A stretch of DNA of 63,990 nucleotides, the filler included, from Jimgerdemannia flammicorona (lineage: Eukaryota): assembly GCA_003990765.1 (NCBI GenBank). It is 3 parts of 3 records of this genome, joined end to end, with 100 filler letters (N's around TTAATTAATTAA, not from the genome) between each part and the next. Parts side by side here need not be neighbours in the genome. Positions count along the whole stretch, not along the records: positions 42,870 to 63,990 come from RBNJ01001524.1; 2 more parts are not named here. One strand, given 5' to 3'. The notes under the pieces were generated by a model. The model saw only the letters and a program-made list of their open reading frames with translations. It ran no database searches and was not told the DNA's origin. The stretch's first letter is position 1, and each line of letters opens with the position of its first letter. A program made the translations under genes and the position numbers. This document shows positions 60,596-63,990 of the stretch, one piece after another.

Positions 60596-63500
60596 TTTTT
60601 TTTTTTTTTTTTTTTTTTTATAGTCTCTTGGACTGCCCTTTATTACCGAATCTATAGTGTTTACAATATAAGTCACCCACTCATTCAACCAATGCCCTGG
60701 GGGCCCAACCCACCTCCCTCAACCTCCCCCTGCCTAAGCACCACCCGATCACCCACAACCTGGACCCTCCCACCACTCTTCCGGGAGATACACTGTACTA
60801 AACCCCTGCGGTACCCCCCGCCCACACCCCAACCCCGCCACCAGCTATTCAAAATGTCCAACAGCAACCACTCCCACCGTGCCACCTTTTCACCAACCCC
60901 AACACTATGCCCACCCTCAAATACGTGCACCCAATGCCCCACCAACCCAACCTACATAGCCAAGGCCCAGCCAAGGGTAAGCCACTCGTCCCCAACCCCA
61001 CCCACTAATCGCCGGCGAAGCACTCCCCATCTCCCCCCTCCCTCTCCACCCCCATCCCCCAACCCTAACCGGTAGATTATGCACCCCCAGAACTCCTCCA
61101 AAACCTCACACTCGCCAAGCCAATGTTCAGGCATTTGTAACACTCCACCCTCTTGACCGACATTAAAACAATCCTCGCATTCGAAAACCCCACCATCCAC
61201 CAAGTGGCCAGACCGATAGTTCAGCATCACATTACGTCGTAGGATTCGCCACCATGCCACCCAGAACTTGGGGGGCAGCCACTGCCTCACCTGTTTGCTC
61301 CAAATCCAGAGCCCATTCCAATCCCACTCTTCCCCGATACCAACCCTCTGCCAGGCTTCAGGCCACAGGTCCCCACCTAGGTCTCGCAGACACTCCAGGC
61401 CCTTGCCAAGCTGAAAGTCCTCCACCAGAGTACCACCCAATAGAAGCCTGTCCCATCGCCACATCCGCGGTCCCCAAACCTCCTCGGCCTCATCACCTTG
61501 CCACCTAAGGCCGATCCTCTTAGCACCATCTACTGCTCCCCACCAAAAGCCTGTAAACCGCATTCGCCGGCTCCCTTCCATGGCCACCATTGCAAGCAGG
61601 TCACTGGAGCCACCACATGGGGAGTATCGAATCTCCCACAACCTCTGCATGAGTGGCACCCACTCCTGACCTCGAAGCTCACTCGCCCTCCTTAGCCACC
61701 AGACCCTCAGGCATAAAAGCCGCTTAGTAAAGTCCACTAAGCCCCGCCCACCTCTTTCCAAAGGCAGTGTGAGTACCTCCCAGCCGACCTGGCTCCGCCG
61801 CCCTCCCCAGATCCATGATCTTGCCATCTTCAACAACCCCTTAACTACCCATGGCGGGAAATCCAAGTGATAACCCATATACCACAACTTCGGCATCCAG
61901 TACATGTTCAACACCATCACCCTCCCGGCAAGGGACATATGCCGGCCACCCCAACACGTCAAGACATCGCCCCACTCCAGTAGTTTATGGTCCCACTATG
62001 CCCGGGGAAGAAGAGACCCGAATACCGAGAAGTAGATCCCCAAGTAACGCACAGATTTGCCAGCTGGAACCACTGTTCCAATGACATCTCCACCAACAAT
62101 TCCAGCGCCCAGCACCAGTGTCTCGCATTTGTGCCAGTTCAGTTTAGCACCAGAACCCCGCTCATACCATTCTACTGTCCTCTGCAACTCTCCAACATCC
62201 CCCAGAGAACCCAGTCTAACCACCATATCATCGGTGAAGGCCCCCACCTTCCAGTTCACCCCTAAAATGTCCAAGCCTCCAATCCTACACCGAATCCTGT
62301 CCAGTAGCGGCTCCAGGGAGAGGGCATACAATATGGGTGACAAGGGATCCCCTTGTGGCACCCCGCGGCCCAGGGGAAAGTTCACCCCCCGGTGGCCATT
62401 GATGACCAATGCTGCCTGGCTGTCCTCCAATAGGCTGATCAACGACCCTCGGAATCCTGGGGGGACTCCAACCTGCTTCAGCACTCCTTCCAGCCATATT
62501 CTCCGCACGTTATCATAAGCCTTCTCCTGGTCTAGAAATACCAATCTGCCATCCACCCCTGTAGCCCGGGCACCTTCAATCACTCTATGAACCCAGGCCG
62601 TCCCATCTCGAATTAACCAACCACCGACAAACCCGCATTGCTCTACACCTAGCACCTGCTGAGCGATCCCCTGTAACCTCAATACCAAGATCTTCATCAC
62701 CAGTTTGCGGTCCATGTCCAAGAGCATAATTGGCCGCCAGTTCTTCCAATCCTCTCTCCTGCCCTTGTTCTTAAAAAGCAGAGAGACCAGCCCCAATCGC
62801 TGTCCCCCAATCCAAGCACCAGACCGAAGGACTTCATCACACATAGCCATCATTTCCTCTAGAACCTCATGCACCCCGGTCATCTTCTGCCAAAAATCCC
62901 AGGGGAGGCCATCTTCACCCGGAGCTGTACCTTTGCTCGTAGCGGCCACCACCTTGCAAATCTCCTCGCCGCTCACCGGGTCCCCCAACGCCTCAAGTCC
63001 CATGGCAGGGTCTGGGTACCAATCCCCCAGCTGCCTTTCAATGTCCAGAGCATCCAGTCCCCCTTCCTCCTCACTCCAAAGCTTCCCCCACTGGGATCGC
63101 AATAGGCCGAAAATCGCCGGGGTCCCCACCACCAGCTCGCCATTCTCATCCAAAACCCCCTCCCACCACTGCCTCATTCGTCATGCTCGAAGTAACCACG
63201 ACAAAAACCTGGTAGGTCTCTCCCCTTCCTCAAGTCCCTGCCACCGCAGGCGGGCCACCATCTCCTGCAGCTGCTCCTCTTCCTCCCTCCGCAGCACCCC
63301 TTTTAGCTCCTCCACCTCCTGCCGGATTCACGCAATGTGCCAATCAGTCTCAGCCCTATCCTCCAGCACACCTGCCCACCTCTCCATGAGTGCCACCAAG
63401 TGCCGCGAGGCCCACAGTACCCACCGTCTCCACTGAGCACTCTTTCCTTTCCCCACTTCCCTCCAATACCCCTGAGCCTTCACCTTCAACCTTCTCCAGC

Positions 63501-63990
63501 GGTCACCAATTGCCATTCCTTGATCCCGCCACCTGCCGATATCTCTGACCACCTCTGTTTCCCAACCCTCCCACAATGTCCTATCCTCTAATAAGGAAGA
63601 ATTTAACCGCCAATGTCCAGGCCCATCCTCATTACCCCCAAACCTCCCTCCTCTAAGCAAACCCCAGTGATCCGACCAAGGACACCATACTACTCCCAGC
63701 CCCATCCAGACATCTGCTCCCCAACACTCCGCTGTCAGAATCCAGTCAATCCTAGAGCCCAGTCCTGCTGCCCAATGGGTATACACCCGTCTATCAGCCC
63801 AAAAATGTCTCCCAGAGTCCACTAAAGAACATAGCCTTTCCATCTCCAACCAGGCCGCCAACCCTCTACTTTCACCTCGCACGCCTCTCCCTCCATCAGT
63901 TCTGTCCAACACCTTATCCCGTACCATGTTGAAGTCCCCCCCCATACAGTCAAACCCCACATCTCCCACTAAACCTGCCTCTTTCAATCC
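60596..63990 (-). mobile_element. L1/Tx1-like LINE copy 4 (young, CpG-rich; ORF2 with few lesions; runs off the window)
   Basis: Poly(T); PGEDGLP, NWRPIMLL, FLDQEKAYD, GVPQGDPLSP, AFTDD, CEDC..EHWLGEC; same subfamily as copy 2. Confidence 0.95.

Overview
Eukaryotic, most likely fungal, genomic DNA (GTAAGT/CTAAC/YAG introns, Crinkler genes, chromovirus; an early-diverging Mucoromycota-type host is my inference). It is three separate contigs joined by artificial 100-bp spacers (N44-TTAATTAATTAA-N44 at 21336-21435 and 42770-42869). Contig 1 is a three-layer nest: an L1/Tx1-like LINE split by a dUTPase-bearing Ty3/Gypsy chromovirus (family A, 2094-bp LTRs), itself split by a second LINE. Contig 2 holds a ~12-kb island of five mosaic Crinkler (CRN) genes/pseudogenes, one with a full header-NTPase-REase architecture, plus an orphan nuclease fragment and an intronless CHAT (caspase-like) pseudogene. 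It ends with a Harbinger relic and a second dUTPase Gypsy (family B). Contig 3 holds two more LINEs, a third dUTPase Gypsy (family C), a solo LTR (family D) and a MITE. Best observations: (1) four different LTR families carry a homologous, uncharacterised accessory ORF, inside the LTR in A, C and D and between integrase and the 3' LTR in B; (2) in B and C integrase is a separate +1-frame ORF starting in a conserved TATGAATAA overlap; (3) dUTPase, a CPHG..CxxC module and protease occur in opposite orders in A versus B/C; (4) the CRN island is built from phase-1 exon modules and is being inactivated by CpG deamination. All calls are from manual translation and motif recognition; no database search was run.
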